A stretch of 64,000 bases of DNA from an uncultured delta proteobacterium (GTDB lineage: Bacteria > Desulfobacterota > Binatia > Binatales > Binataceae): the NCBI GenBank assembly GCA_963724765.1, contig CAVRVY010000003.1, forward strand, positions 384,001 through 448,000. The letters run 5' to 3'. A program made the position numbers and the translations under genes. Under the pieces are notes generated by a model. The model had not been told where the DNA came from. It saw nothing but the letters and a program-made list of their open reading frames with translations, and made no database searches. This document shows, piece after piece, positions 38,570 through 48,501 of the stretch. How positions within the stretch are numbered: the stretch's first letter is position 1; each line of letters starts with the position of its first letter.

Positions 38570-38609
38570 AAAAAAGAGGGCCGGGGATCGACATCCCCCG
38601 GCCCTTTTT
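38570..38609. terminator. Bidirectional rho-independent terminator
   Basis: A-run, stem AGGGCCGGGG / CCCCGGCCCT, T-run; lies between convergent genes. Confidence 0.88.
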
Positions 38610-38621
38610 CATTGCCCGCGC

Positions 38622-40058
38622 TCAATCCGCGGCGGCGTTAGCGGCAGCCGCGGCGTCAACGTGGCTATGGAAGCGGCCGTAGCCGAAGTAGATCGCAAGT
38701 CCAATCGCCATCCAGACGAAAAACCTGATCCACGTGACCAGCGGCAGACTGGCCATCAGGTACAAGCACGACAGCGCACCCACGATCGGCACCAGCGGTA
38801 CAAACGGCGTGCGAAAAGGCCGGTGCTGACCCGGATTGATGTAACGCAGAATCCATACCCCCAGGCAGACCAGTACGAACGCGAACAGGGTGCCGATATT
38901 GGTCAGCTCGGCGATGTCCTGGATCGGCAGCAGCGCCGCTGTGACGCCTACCGCTGCTCCGGTCAGCACGGTCGGTATGTAGGGAGTCAGGAAGCGCGGA
39001 TGGACCCGGCTAAACGCCTGCGGCAGCAGCCCGTCGCGCGAGATCGCGAAAAAAATCCGCGACTGGCCGAGCAGCAACACCAGCAGCACCGAGGTCAGCC
39101 CCATCACGGCGCCCACCGAGACTACGCCGCCGATGAAGTTGAGCCCGCGCACCACGAAGGCCGAGGCCAGCGGCGCGTTCTTGTCGATCTCGCCAAACGG
39201 CACCATCCCGGTCAGCACCGCGGCCACCGCGATATATAGAGCCGTGCAGACGAAGAGCGACCACAGGATGCCACGCGGCAGATCGCGCCCGGGATCGACT
39301 ACCTCCTCAGCTGCGGTCGAGACCGCATCGAAGCCGATGTATGCGAAAAAGATGTACGCCGCACCCTTGGAAATGCCCGACCATCCGAACGGCGCGAACG
39401 GGCTCCAGTTCTGCGGACGGATGAAAAACATCCCGACCAGGACTACGGTCGCGACCGCGAACAGTTTGATTCCGACGATTATCGAGTTGAGCCGCGCGCT
39501 CTCACGGATGCCGACGTAGAGCACGGCCGAGATCAGCAGCACGATCAGCAGCGCCGGCAGATTGATGATCGCGCCCGGCTCTGAGCTGGGGGCAAACGCT
39601 ATCGCGTGCGGCAGACGTACCCCGATCCCTTCGAGAATCACGCGGAAGTATCCCGACCATCCCACCGCGACCGCCGCCGCGCCCACCGCATATTCCAGCA
39701 CGAGGTCCCAGCCGATGATCCATCCGACCAGCTCGCCCATCGTGGCATACGAGTAGGAATACGCGGAGCCTGCCACAGGAATCATCGCGGCGAACTCCGC
39801 GTAGCACAGCGCCGCCATCGTGCACGCCACGCCCGCCATGATGAATGAAACGATAAGGCCCGGCCCGGCCTGACGCGCGCCGACCCCGGTCATCACGAAG
39901 ATACCGGCGCCGATGATCGCCCCGATGCCCAGTGCGGTAAGGTCGAGCGCGCCGAGCGCGCGGCGCAGTCCGCCGCGATGCGGTCCGGCGTCGTCCAGCA
40001 GGGCGGCGACCGGCTTGCGGCGCAAGATTTGCGCTCTGAGAGCCGCTCCGCCCGTCAC
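38622..40058 (-). CDS. APC-family amino acid permease (cationic amino acid transporter type)
   Basis: GIGAIIGAGIF, LCYAEFA, GSAYSY, FFAYIGFD, RDGLLP. Confidence 0.93.
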   Translation of the reverse strand: MTGGAALRAQILRRKPVAALLDDAGPHRGGLRRALGALDLTALGIGAIIGAGIFVMTGVGARQAGPGLIVSFIMAGVACTMAALCYAEFAAMIPVAGSAYSYSYATMGELVGWIIGWDLVLEYAVGAAAVAVGWSGYFRVILEGIGVRLPHAIAFAPSSEPGAIINLPALLIVLLISAVLYVGIRESARLNSIIVGIKLFAVATVVLVGMFFIRPQNWSPFAPFGWSGISKGAAYIFFAYIGFDAVSTAAEEVVDPGRDLPRGILWSLFVCTALYIAVAAVLTGMVPFGEIDKNAPLASAFVVRGLNFIGGVVSVGAVMGLTSVLLVLLLGQSRIFFAISRDGLLPQAFSRVHPRFLTPYIPTVLTGAAVGVTAALLPIQDIAELTNIGTLFAFVLVCLGVWILRYINPGQHRPFRTPFVPLVPIVGALSCLYLMASLPLVTWIRFFVWMAIGLAIYFGYGRFHSHVDAAAAANAAAD

Positions 40059-40086
40059 CGCGAGGTCCCGTCTGTGCGCGAAGGCG

Positions 40087-40869
40087 TCACCAGGCCTGGT
40101 AGCCGCCGTCCACCGCCAGCATCGAGCCGGTCACGTAGCTCGAGGCCTCGCTGGCCAGAAAAATTATCGCTCCGCGGATTTCCTCGGGCCGTCCAAGGCG
40201 TCCAAGCGGCGTCGATTTTTCCATCCGCTCACGATTGCTGCCCTTGGCAATCCCGGCCTCGGTCGCTTCGGTCGGAATCCATCCGGGCGCCAGCGCGTTG
40301 ACCAGGATTCCGTAGCCCGCCCATTCGACCGCCAGCTGGCGGGTGAGATTGAGCAGTCCGGCCTTGGCCGCGGTGTAGGCCGAGAGGCGGTAAATCGAAC
40401 TGGCGACGGTCGCGTAGATGGAAACCACGTTGATGATGCGGCCGGGGCGCCTGGCTTCGATCAGGCCGCGCGCGACGCGCTGCGCCAGCATCATCGGCGC
40501 GGTGAGATTGGTCGCGATTGCGGCGTCCCAGGTTGCGCGCGGCAGGGTCTCGGCGCGGCCGGTGGGTGAGATGCCGGCGTTATTGATAAGGATGTCGACC
40601 AGGCCGAGTTCGCGCTTTGCCCGGGCGAGCGCCGCGTCGATTTGCTCGTCGGCGGTTACGTCGAGCTGGATTGCGGCGGTGCGCACGCCATACTCGCGCG
40701 CCAGATTGGCGGCGAGCTTCTCCAGGCGCTCGCTGCGGCGCGCGGCCAACGCGACGTCGGCGCCCGCCATCGCGAGCGCCCGTGCGCAGTCGACGCCGAG
40801 TCCCGACGACGCGCCGGTGACGAAGCCGATATGCCCGCGCAGCGAGAACAGCGACTGCAGCGAATCCAT
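40087..40869 (-). CDS. SDR oxidoreductase (gluconate 5-dehydrogenase-like)
   Basis: TGASSGLG, NNAG, YTAAK, NALAPG, VDGG. Confidence 0.9.
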   Translation of the reverse strand: MDSLQSLFSLRGHIGFVTGASSGLGVDCARALAMAGADVALAARRSERLEKLAANLAREYGVRTAAIQLDVTADEQIDAALARAKRELGLVDILINNAGISPTGRAETLPRATWDAAIATNLTAPMMLAQRVARGLIEARRPGRIINVVSIYATVASSIYRLSAYTAAKAGLLNLTRQLAVEWAGYGILVNALAPGWIPTEATEAGIAKGSNRERMEKSTPLGRLGRPEEIRGAIIFLASEASSYVTGSMLAVDGGYQAW

Positions 40870-40875
40870 CGGGTG

Positions 40876-41943
40876 CTATCGCTCCACCGCCGCGGCTGCG
40901 GCGTCGGCGGTTTTGGCGGCGGCCTCAGCCGCCGCCAAAACCGCGCGCTGGATGTCCGCGCCGCTCACGCCATAGTGCGTGACGGCGCGGAACTCGACCG
41001 GGCTCCGCGCACCGACCAGCACGCCGCGCTCGCCGAGCGCGGCGGCGAAGCGCCTCGCCCGCTCGGCGCCCCCGGCGACCTCGAAGAACACCATGTTGGT
41101 GCGCCGGCGCGCCGGATGCACTCGCAGCCCCGCAACGCGGCCGAGCCCTTCGGCCAGCGCGCGTGCGTTGTCATGGTCTTCGGCCAGCCGCTCGACCATC
41201 GCGGTCAACGCGACAATCCCGGCCGCCGCGATTATCCCCGCCTGGCGCATCCCGCCACCCAGCATCTTGCGGACGCGTCGCGCCCGTTCGACGAACGGGC
41301 GTGGCCCGCACAGCATCGTGCCCACCGGACAGGCGAGCCCCTTGGAGAGACAGAACGAAACCGTGTCGGCGTGCGCGGCGATACGGTTTGCGCTGGTCTC
41401 TAGCGCGAGCGCGGCGTTGAAGATGCGCGCGCCGTCGAGATGAACGCCAAGGCCGTGGCAATGCGCCAGTTCGGCGACCGCGTCCATGTGCGCGAGCCCG
41501 ACCGCCTCGCCGCCGCAGCGGTTGTGCGTGTTTTCCATCGCGACCAGCGCGTGCGGCGCGAAATGCGGATCGGGCGGCATCTCGAGTTCGGTCTTCAACT
41601 CGTCGAGCGCGAATTCGCCGTCGTCGGTGTTGCGGATGGGCGTCAGCACCACGCCGCCCAGCGCGGCGGCGCCGCCCGCCTCGTATAGATAAGTGTGTGC
41701 GCGCGCGCCGAGCACCGCCTTGGTGCCGCGCGCGCAATGCACCAGCATCGCGATCAGGTTGCCCATCGTGCCGCTGGCGACCAGCAGCGCGGCCTCCTTG
41801 CCCATCGTGGCTGCCGCCATCGCCTCGAGCCGATTGACGCTGGGGTCCTCGCCGTAAACGTCGTCGCCCAGTTCGGCGCGCGCGATCGCCTCGCGCATCT
41901 CGGGCGTCGGCAGGGTGACCGTGTCGCTGCGCAGATCGATCAC
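40876..41943 (-). CDS. ltaE: Low-specificity L-threonine aldolase
   Basis: IDLRSDTVT, GDDVYGED, ENTHN, HLDGARIFNA, CLSKGL, GGGMRQAG. Confidence 0.95.
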   Translation of the reverse strand: MIDLRSDTVTLPTPEMREAIARAELGDDVYGEDPSVNRLEAMAAATMGKEAALLVASGTMGNLIAMLVHCARGTKAVLGARAHTYLYEAGGAAALGGVVLTPIRNTDDGEFALDELKTELEMPPDPHFAPHALVAMENTHNRCGGEAVGLAHMDAVAELAHCHGLGVHLDGARIFNAALALETSANRIAAHADTVSFCLSKGLACPVGTMLCGPRPFVERARRVRKMLGGGMRQAGIIAAAGIVALTAMVERLAEDHDNARALAEGLGRVAGLRVHPARRRTNMVFFEVAGGAERARRFAAALGERGVLVGARSPVEFRAVTHYGVSGADIQRAVLAAAEAAAKTADAAAAAVER

Positions 41944-41955
41944 GTAAGCGGCCGC

Positions 41956-42825
41956 CTACTCGGGGAAGATCGCCTTGACCACTTCGTCGATCGCGCGCTT
42001 GCTGTCGGCCTCGTCGGTGAGCGACCAGGTCACGGCGACGGTCGCGGCGCGGCGCGGCGCGATTCCCTGGCGGATAAGCTCGCCGGCGTAGATCAGGAGC
42101 CGGGTCGAGACGCCTTCTTCGAGGCCCGAGGCCTTGAGGTTGCGCACCTTCTCGCCCAGCACCGCGAGCTGCATCGCCATGTCGCGGTCGACACCCGCCT
42201 CGTGCTCGATGATCTCGACTTCCTTGTCGGCCGGCGGATAGTTGAACTCGATAGTGACGAAGCGCTGGCGCGTGGAGTGCTTGAGATTTTTCTGGATGCT
42301 CTGGTAGCCGGGATTGTACGAGATCACCAGCAGGAAGCCGACGTGCGCCTCCAGCGTCTCGCCGCGCTTTTCGACCGGCAGGATGCGGCGATGGTCGGAG
42401 AGCGGATGGATCAGCACGGTGGTGTCCTTGCGCGCTTCGACGATCTCGTCGAGGTAGCAGAGCGCGCCGCGCCGCACCGCCTGGGTCAGCGGCCCGTCGA
42501 TCCACACCGTCTCGTCGGCCTGGATAAGGTAGCGGCCGACCAGGTCGCTGCCGGTCAGATCCTCGTGGCAGGCGACGGTGATGAGTTCGGTGGGACCATC
42601 GGGAAGACCCGCGAGGCGATGGGCCATGTGCTCGACGAAGCGGGTCTTGCCGCAGCCGGTGGGTCCCTTGAGCAATACCGGCAGACGCGCTTTGTAAGCG
42701 GCCTCGAAAATTTCGACCTCGTCACCGATCGGGAGGTAATAGGGGGCGTTATGCGGGTCGAGATGGCGGACTTCGGGCCCTTCGGCCTGCATCCTGGTAT
42801 CGAACTTTTTCAACTCAATCGACAT
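41956..42825 (-). CDS. CbbQ/NirQ/NorQ (MoxR-class) AAA+ ATPase
   Basis: [54 protein letters not shown]. Confidence 0.93.
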   Translation of the reverse strand: MSIELKKFDTRMQAEGPEVRHLDPHNAPYYLPIGDEVEIFEAAYKARLPVLLKGPTGCGKTRFVEHMAHRLAGLPDGPTELITVACHEDLTGSDLVGRYLIQADETVWIDGPLTQAVRRGALCYLDEIVEARKDTTVLIHPLSDHRRILPVEKRGETLEAHVGFLLVISYNPGYQSIQKNLKHSTRQRFVTIEFNYPPADKEVEIIEHEAGVDRDMAMQLAVLGEKVRNLKASGLEEGVSTRLLIYAGELIRQGIAPRRAATVAVTWSLTDEADSKRAIDEVVKAIFPE

Positions 42826-42889
42826 TGCTCACCCTTGTGTGAGGCGCTGCGGGCGTGCCGCGGATTCTAAGAGAGCACGGCCATTATAT

Positions 42890-44323
42890 TCAAGCGACGC
42901 CTCTGCGGGGCATTATAGTAGACCCGCCGCGATGATCCTTCACCTCGTAGCCTTTCGCCTCCAGCTCCTCGCGTAGCTCATCGGCGCGCTCGAAGTCCTT
43001 GGCCGCTCTGGCCGCATCGCGCTCGCTCTGCAACGCGGTTACTTCCGATGGAAACTTTCCGCGTGCTGTCTCGCGTTTGGCTTCAAGGTCTAGCCCGAGT
43101 ACGGCGTCGAATCTCTTGAGTGTATTCCAGATTCTGCGGTCGTTGCGGCGATACGCGTCTCCCACTAATTCGAGCGCGACGGCGAGCGCCTGCGGAGTGT
43201 TGAGGTCGTTGTTGAGCGCATCGACAAAGCGTTCGTCGAACTCCTGCGCCCAGGGCGAATCGGCCGCGGCGTTCGCGTCCTCATCGGAGAGATTGCGGGC
43301 GAACTCGGCGAAGTAATCCAGGTTGCGCTCGGCGGCGCGCACCGCGTCGAGCGAGAACGCAAGCTCTGACCGATACTTCGCACCCAGGCAGAGCAGCCGA
43401 AACGCGAGCGGATTGATTCCCGCCGCCACCAGGTCGTCGAGCACCGGGAAGCGTCCCGCGCTCTTGCTGATTTTCGCCCCTTCCATCCCGACCAGGAAAG
43501 CGTTGTGCACGAAGTAGCGCACGAAGGGTTTGCCGGTCGCGCCTTCGGATTGCGCGATCTCGTTCTCGTGATGCACCGGGATATGGTCGAGACCGCCCGT
43601 ATGAATATCGATCGTCTCGCCCAGGTAGCGCATCGACATCGCCGAGCACTCGATATGCCATCCCGGATAGCCGCGCCCCCACGGACTTTCCCATTGCATA
43701 AGATGCTGCGGCTGATTGAGCACCCAGAGCGCGAAGTCGTGCGGGCTTTTCTTGTCGGGCGAATGTTCCAGCCGCTGGCCGGTGTGCTGCTCGTCGAGGC
43801 TCTGGCGCGAAAGCCGGCCGGTGCGGCTTTGCCCACGCCACTTTTCGACGTCGAAGTACACGCCCGAGCGCGTGATGTAGCCGTAGCCGTGCTCCACGAT
43901 ACGCTCGATGAGTGCGATCATGTCGGCGACGTGGTCGGTCGCGCGGCAGAGCAGCGGCGGCGCGGGCAGCCGGATATTGAGTTTGCCGCAGTCGCGCGTG
44001 AACTGCGCGATATAGAAATCCGCGACCTCGCGCGGCGTCTTGCCCTCGGCGCGTGCGGTCTTTTCGATCTTGTCCTCGCCGGCGTCGGCGTCGGAGGTCA
44101 TGTGGCCAACGTCGGTGATGTTCATCACGTGGCGGACGTCGTAGCCATTGAGCTCGAGCGCGCGGCGCAGCGTATCGACGAACACGTACGCGCGCATGTT
44201 GCCCAGATGCTGCGGCAGGTAGACCGTCGGCCCGCACGAGTAGTAGGTCACAGCGGGCGGATTGAGCGGCTCGAATTCCTCGATCTGGCGGCTCAGCGTG
44301 TTGTAGATCGAAAATGGCTTCAC
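42890..44323 (-). CDS. cysS: Cysteine--tRNA ligase
   Basis: YNTL, CGPTVY, HLGN, NITDVGH, PGWHIECSAMS, DIHTGG, HHENEIAQ, KISKS. Confidence 0.96.
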   Translation of the reverse strand: MKPFSIYNTLSRQIEEFEPLNPPAVTYYSCGPTVYLPQHLGNMRAYVFVDTLRRALELNGYDVRHVMNITDVGHMTSDADAGEDKIEKTARAEGKTPREVADFYIAQFTRDCGKLNIRLPAPPLLCRATDHVADMIALIERIVEHGYGYITRSGVYFDVEKWRGQSRTGRLSRQSLDEQHTGQRLEHSPDKKSPHDFALWVLNQPQHLMQWESPWGRGYPGWHIECSAMSMRYLGETIDIHTGGLDHIPVHHENEIAQSEGATGKPFVRYFVHNAFLVGMEGAKISKSAGRFPVLDDLVAAGINPLAFRLLCLGAKYRSELAFSLDAVRAAERNLDYFAEFARNLSDEDANAAADSPWAQEFDERFVDALNNDLNTPQALAVALELVGDAYRRNDRRIWNTLKRFDAVLGLDLEAKRETARGKFPSEVTALQSERDAARAAKDFERADELREELEAKGYEVKDHRGGSTIMPRRGVA

Positions 44324-44375
44324 GTGGATTGCGCCTGCCGCGCGTCATCGGCGCTGCACACCTCCGGCGCCGCGC

Positions 44376-44807
44376 TCAACGCAGGCGCGCCGTCGCGGCC
44401 GCGACCGCCGCGTCGGTGTTGCGGTAGCGTCTGCCGGCGATGGCTTTGTATTGGCGGTCGGCGATCCATGCGTATCCCGGAAGATACCACAAGTAGGCGA
44501 ACAAGCTGCGCAGGCCGGCCTGGCGGCGCAGAATTTCATTGACCGCGCGCGCCCCGCGATACACCCGGCCGCGGTCGTCGATCACGTGCAGCTCGTAGAG
44601 CAGGTCGTCGAGCCTGAGCTCTGGAAACTGCGCCCGCGCCGCAGGCTCGTTGGCGTCCAGCAGTTCGAGCGACTCGGTATTGTCGTAGAGCACGATTCCT
44701 GCAGCGACGTTGCGGCACATCTCGCAGCCGCCGTCGTAGAGCACCGCGAGCTTGCCGGCCGTGGCCTGGGCCGCGATCCGTTGTGGCTCTCCGAACAGGC
44801 GTCCCAT
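44376..44807 (-). CDS. DCC/DUF393 thiol-disulfide oxidoreductase family protein
   Basis: VLYDGGCEMC, LHVID..G..GARA, Y..IA.RRY. Confidence 0.85.
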   Translation of the reverse strand: MGRLFGEPQRIAAQATAGKLAVLYDGGCEMCRNVAAGIVLYDNTESLELLDANEPAARAQFPELRLDDLLYELHVIDDRGRVYRGARAVNEILRRQAGLRSLFAYLWYLPGYAWIADRQYKAIAGRRYRNTDAAVAAATARLR

Positions 44808-44823
44808 CGAGTGCGCGGCTTGC

Positions 44824-45339
44824 CTAACGCCGCGAGAGCCGCGGATTGGCCGCCATCCGCCGCAGCCGGTTGCGCTCGTGACTGATGCGCCATTCGTAAC
44901 CGTCGACCAGCGACTGCCATCCGGCTTCCGCCGTGTTGGCCGACTTGGCGAGCGTGGTCCAGGCGCTCTGGCCGTCGGAAAATTTCTTGATCGACATCAC
45001 CTCGGCTTCGGTCGATTCACCGCTCGCGTGCATGTAGGTCTCGATCACGCGGACCGGCTCGAGAAACGGGAAATACTTCAGGAGGGCCTTACGCAACGCG
45101 AGGTCGAGCGCATGGACCACGCCGACGCCGCGCGCCGCTTCGGTTTCCTCGACCCCGGCGATCCGGAGCACGACGGTCGCGTCGATCGTCATCCTGCCTT
45201 CGTTCAAGTCGTCGATCACGCGGCGGCGCACGACCACGAACGGAGGCTCGTAGTCGCCGGAGCGGCGCAGTTCGTCAAGCTCGCGCGAGGCCTGCGGCGT
45301 TTCGGCCTCGTAAAATATGGATTTCGATTCGTCCACCAT
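44824..45339 (-). CDS. Stand-alone LeuA/CimA allosteric (regulatory) domain protein
   Basis: ATV.LRI.G....AARGVGVVHALDLALRKAL..FP.L...SDG..AWTT...S.N..EAGWQSLVDGYEW resembles the C-terminal domain of citramalate/isopropylmalate synthase; no catalytic domain. Confidence 0.75.
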   Translation of the reverse strand: MVDESKSIFYEAETPQASRELDELRRSGDYEPPFVVVRRRVIDDLNEGRMTIDATVVLRIAGVEETEAARGVGVVHALDLALRKALLKYFPFLEPVRVIETYMHASGESTEAEVMSIKKFSDGQSAWTTLAKSANTAEAGWQSLVDGYEWRISHERNRLRRMAANPRLSRR

Positions 45340-45509
45340 TCCGATTTCAATTCACCCACTTCGATTCTGCTCGACTATCCCAGCTTCAATTATCTTTCGC
45401 GTCCGCCGGCCTTTCAAGGCAAACGGCCCCGCGCGATCGTCTTTGACGGTGCAGGAATTTAACGCGCGGGTGGCTGTAATTCTTGACAACCGCTTGCAAT
45501 CATTGATCG

Positions 45510-47654
45510 ATGTTCCGGCTGTCACCACTGCTGGCCGCGATCATGGCCTTGGTTTCGCTTTGCGGCCCGGCCGTCGCCGATCCGGCGGCGCAGATAACCA
45601 TCCCGCTCACGATCGATTATTCCACGCTCGGCGCGGCGCTCAAGCGGCAGATCTACGACGCCCCCGGCGGCCGCGCAATCCTGTGGAAGGGCAACAACTG
45701 CGAGTTCCTGTACGCCGAGAACCCACGCTTCACCCAAAACGGCCCAACGACGGTGGTGCTCGAAACCGACGGCGAGCTTGGCCTGGGCGTGCCGCTCGGC
45801 GACCAATGCGTCAATCCAATCTCATGGCAAGGCATTATCGCGTTCGGCGCGACGCCCTACCTGACGCCGAACCTGACGCTGATGTTCCGGGTAAGCGACA
45901 TCAATCTCTACGACCGCCAGCACCAGAAGTCTCTCATCGTCGGCCGCGGCTTCGACCTGATCAAGGGCAACTTCATCCCGCGCATCGAGACTTTCAAGTT
46001 CGACTTGCGCCCGCCGATCGAGGAGTTCCGCGCGCTCGCCGAAGAGGCCGCGCCGCCCGACCAGGCCGAGCGTTTCAAACAGGCGCTCGCGACCGTCCAC
46101 GGCGTCGGGCCGGCCGTCGCGGCGCCCGAGGGTATAAAAGTGACGCTGGGACTGACCGCACCGACGCTGCCCGCGGCCGCGCCAGCCGCCCCCTCGGGCC
46201 CGCTGACACCGGCCGAGCTGGCAGCGTGGAATCAAAAGCTCGACGAGTGGGATGCGTTTATCGTGTTCGCGATAAAGCAGGTCGGCACCGCAGTACCCGA
46301 CAAGCAGTTTCGCGCAGACCTGCTAAATGTGCTGCTCGACGGACGCTATCGCCTGGCCCAGGCGATCGATCAGCCGCCCGCGCCCGGCGGCCCGGACCCG
46401 GTGCGCGTGCTGTTTCTCGATCAATGGCGGCAATTGCGCGACTTGGTGCGCAAGGCGGCGGCGCGCGGGCAACTGGGCGACCGCGCGCTCGAGTTCCTGT
46501 CGTTCTTATCCGCCGGCGACGCGCTGATGGCGTTCGATGAAGCCGCCCCGGCGCTCGGCGCGCGCATCTCCGCCTCCGACCTGCGCCGCCTCGCGCGCAT
46601 CATGGCTCCGCAATCGACCGCCGATCCGCTCCAGTTCAACTACCGCGAAGATCCGGAGCTGCAACACATTTTCGGTTTCACGCCGCCACCCCTGACGCCG
46701 GACTCCGTCGAGCCGTCCGATTCGGACGAGCCCGAGCCCACTGCGGCCGCGACCGCCGGCAGTCCGCAGACAAGTGGCGCAACGCCGCAAACTATGGCAA
46801 CGCCGCCGCCCAGCATGCCGGGCGCGCCATCCGCACCCGCTCGCGTTGCGCCTCCTATGTCGGTTGTGCCAGCCACGCCATCTATATCGGCCACCCCGGC
46901 TGGACCGTCGGCGTCCTCGCCGGCCGCGCCTCCTGCACGCTCATCCGAGCCGCCTGCAACTGCGAATGCACTGCGGATGAGCATCAGCACGGCGCTTCAC
47001 CTGTTGGATCCGGCGGACGTCTTCGCCGACGCGCCGCCGCAGCCTGCGGACTTAAAGCAGCTCGGAATGAGGCTGCGGCGCTCGGTAGTTAACGAAACCA
47101 ACGTGAACAGCTACACGCACGACCTCGGCGCGCTGCTCGACGCGGCGGCCGCAAGTGAAATCGCCAGCGAACGCCCCGACCCTGCGCTGCGGCCGACCTA
47201 TCGCGTGATTGTCAAGGCGGCGGCGTGGCAGGAGAGCTGCTGGCGCCAGTTCGTGATCGCGCGCGGCCGCATACGCTTCCTCGAATCATCGAGTCACGAC
47301 GTCGGCCTGATGCAGGTCAACCGCTACGTCTGGCGCGGCTTTTACGACGTGAGGCACCTCGAATGGGACATCGCATACAACGCGGGTGCCGGCAGCCAGA
47401 TTCTCGCGCGCCTGATGATCCGCGCGGCCGGCAAGGCCGAGCACGCGGACGATCCGGACGCGTTCGCGCGCTCTTCATATGCGGCATACAATGGCGGCCC
47501 CGGCGAATTGAACCGATGGCGCCGCGCGGACGAGCGGCATGACAAACGGCTGATCGATGAGGCGTTCTGGCAGAAGTATCGCACGCTCAAAGAGGGCCAG
47601 TCGCTGAACATCCTGAAGTGCGAGGCCGAGTGGAGCCAAGCCCCGGGGCATTAG
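45510..47654 (+). CDS. Secreted protein with a C-terminal lytic transglycosylase (SLT) domain
   Basis: Signal peptide; AWQESCW (catalytic Glu), GLMQVN, AAYNGGP; Pro/Ala/Ser/Thr linker; large unassigned N-terminal region. Confidence 0.85.
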   Translation: MFRLSPLLAAIMALVSLCGPAVADPAAQITIPLTIDYSTLGAALKRQIYDAPGGRAILWKGNNCEFLYAENPRFTQNGPTTVVLETDGELGLGVPLGDQCVNPISWQGIIAFGATPYLTPNLTLMFRVSDINLYDRQHQKSLIVGRGFDLIKGNFIPRIETFKFDLRPPIEEFRALAEEAAPPDQAERFKQALATVHGVGPAVAAPEGIKVTLGLTAPTLPAAAPAAPSGPLTPAELAAWNQKLDEWDAFIVFAIKQVGTAVPDKQFRADLLNVLLDGRYRLAQAIDQPPAPGGPDPVRVLFLDQWRQLRDLVRKAAARGQLGDRALEFLSFLSAGDALMAFDEAAPALGARISASDLRRLARIMAPQSTADPLQFNYREDPELQHIFGFTPPPLTPDSVEPSDSDEPEPTAAATAGSPQTSGATPQTMATPPPSMPGAPSAPARVAPPMSVVPATPSISATPAGPSASSPAAPPARSSEPPATANALRMSISTALHLLDPADVFADAPPQPADLKQLGMRLRRSVVNETNVNSYTHDLGALLDAAAASEIASERPDPALRPTYRVIVKAAAWQESCWRQFVIARGRIRFLESSSHDVGLMQVNRYVWRGFYDVRHLEWDIAYNAGAGSQILARLMIRAAGKAEHADDPDAFARSSYAAYNGGPGELNRWRRADERHDKRLIDEAFWQKYRTLKEGQSLNILKCEAEWSQAPGH

Positions 47655-47667
47655 CAGCTCGCCAGCC

Positions 47668-48414
47668 TCACATCGCGAGGCCGCCGTCGACCTGGATCAC
47701 CGCGCCCGTGATGTATGACGCCGCGTCCGAAAGCAAAAACGCCACCATCGGCGCCACGTCCTCGACCGTGCCGAAGCGTCCGAGCGGAATCATCTCGAGC
47801 GCCTTGGCGCGATGCTGCTCGGAGAGCACGGCCGTCATGTCGGTCTCGATAAACCCGAGCGCGATCGCATTGGACCGCACGCCCAGCGGCCCCAGCTCCT
47901 TGGCCATCGCCTTGGTCATCCCGATCAGCCCGGCCTTGGAGGCCGAGTAGTTCACCTGCCCGGCCATCCCGACCAGCCCGGAGATCGACGTGATGTTGAT
48001 GATCGCGCCACGCTTGGCCTTCATCATGATGAACGCGCTGGCGCGCGCGACGTTGAACGCGCCGGTGAGATTGGTCTGGATGACCGCGGACCAGTCCTCC
48101 TCGCTCATCATCACCAGCAGCTTGTCGCGCGTCAGCCCGGCGTTATTGACCACCCCGTCGAGCCGGCCGAATTCGGCCTTGGCCGCGTTGACCATCGCGC
48201 GCACGGCCTTTAGGTCGGCGACGTCATTCTGGAACGCGATCGCCTTGACCCCGAGCGCGGCGATTTCGGCTTTCAGCTCCTCGGCCTGCTGTTCGCTCTT
48301 GAGATAATTGAAAGCGACGTTGGCGCCGCGGCGAGCGGCCTCGAGCGCGATTGCGCGGCCGATCCCGCGCGTCGCGCCGGTGATGACTATTCCTTTGCCC
48401 TCGAGATCTTTCAC
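47668..48414 (-). CDS. fabG: 3-oxoacyl-ACP reductase family SDR
   Basis: TGATRGIG, NNAGLTRDKL, GQVNYSASKAG, GFIETDMT, VDGGL; GTG start 48414. Confidence 0.85.
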   Translation of the reverse strand: MKDLEGKGIVITGATRGIGRAIALEAARRGANVAFNYLKSEQQAEELKAEIAALGVKAIAFQNDVADLKAVRAMVNAAKAEFGRLDGVVNNAGLTRDKLLVMMSEEDWSAVIQTNLTGAFNVARASAFIMMKAKRGAIINITSISGLVGMAGQVNYSASKAGLIGMTKAMAKELGPLGVRSNAIALGFIETDMTAVLSEQHRAKALEMIPLGRFGTVEDVAPMVAFLLSDAASYITGAVIQVDGGLAM

Positions 48415-48437
48415 TTTTTCACTTTTCACTCTTTCAC
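48409..48437. repeat. Four GTGAAA copies (7-8 bp period) at the fabG start
   Basis: Minus strand GTGAAAGA-GTGAAAA-GTGAAAAA-GTGAAAGAT; the last copy contains the start codon. Confidence 0.6.
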
Positions 48438-48471
48438 AAAAAAAGACCGCCCGCACAAGGTGCGGGCGGTC
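48438..48471 (-). terminator. Rho-independent terminator after the iscA/erpA-like gene
   Basis: Stem GACCGCCCGCA / TGCGGGCGGTC followed by T7 on the minus strand. Confidence 0.88.
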
Positions 48472-48501
48472 GAAATTGATCGAATTGAAATCGAGCCGCG
48501 C

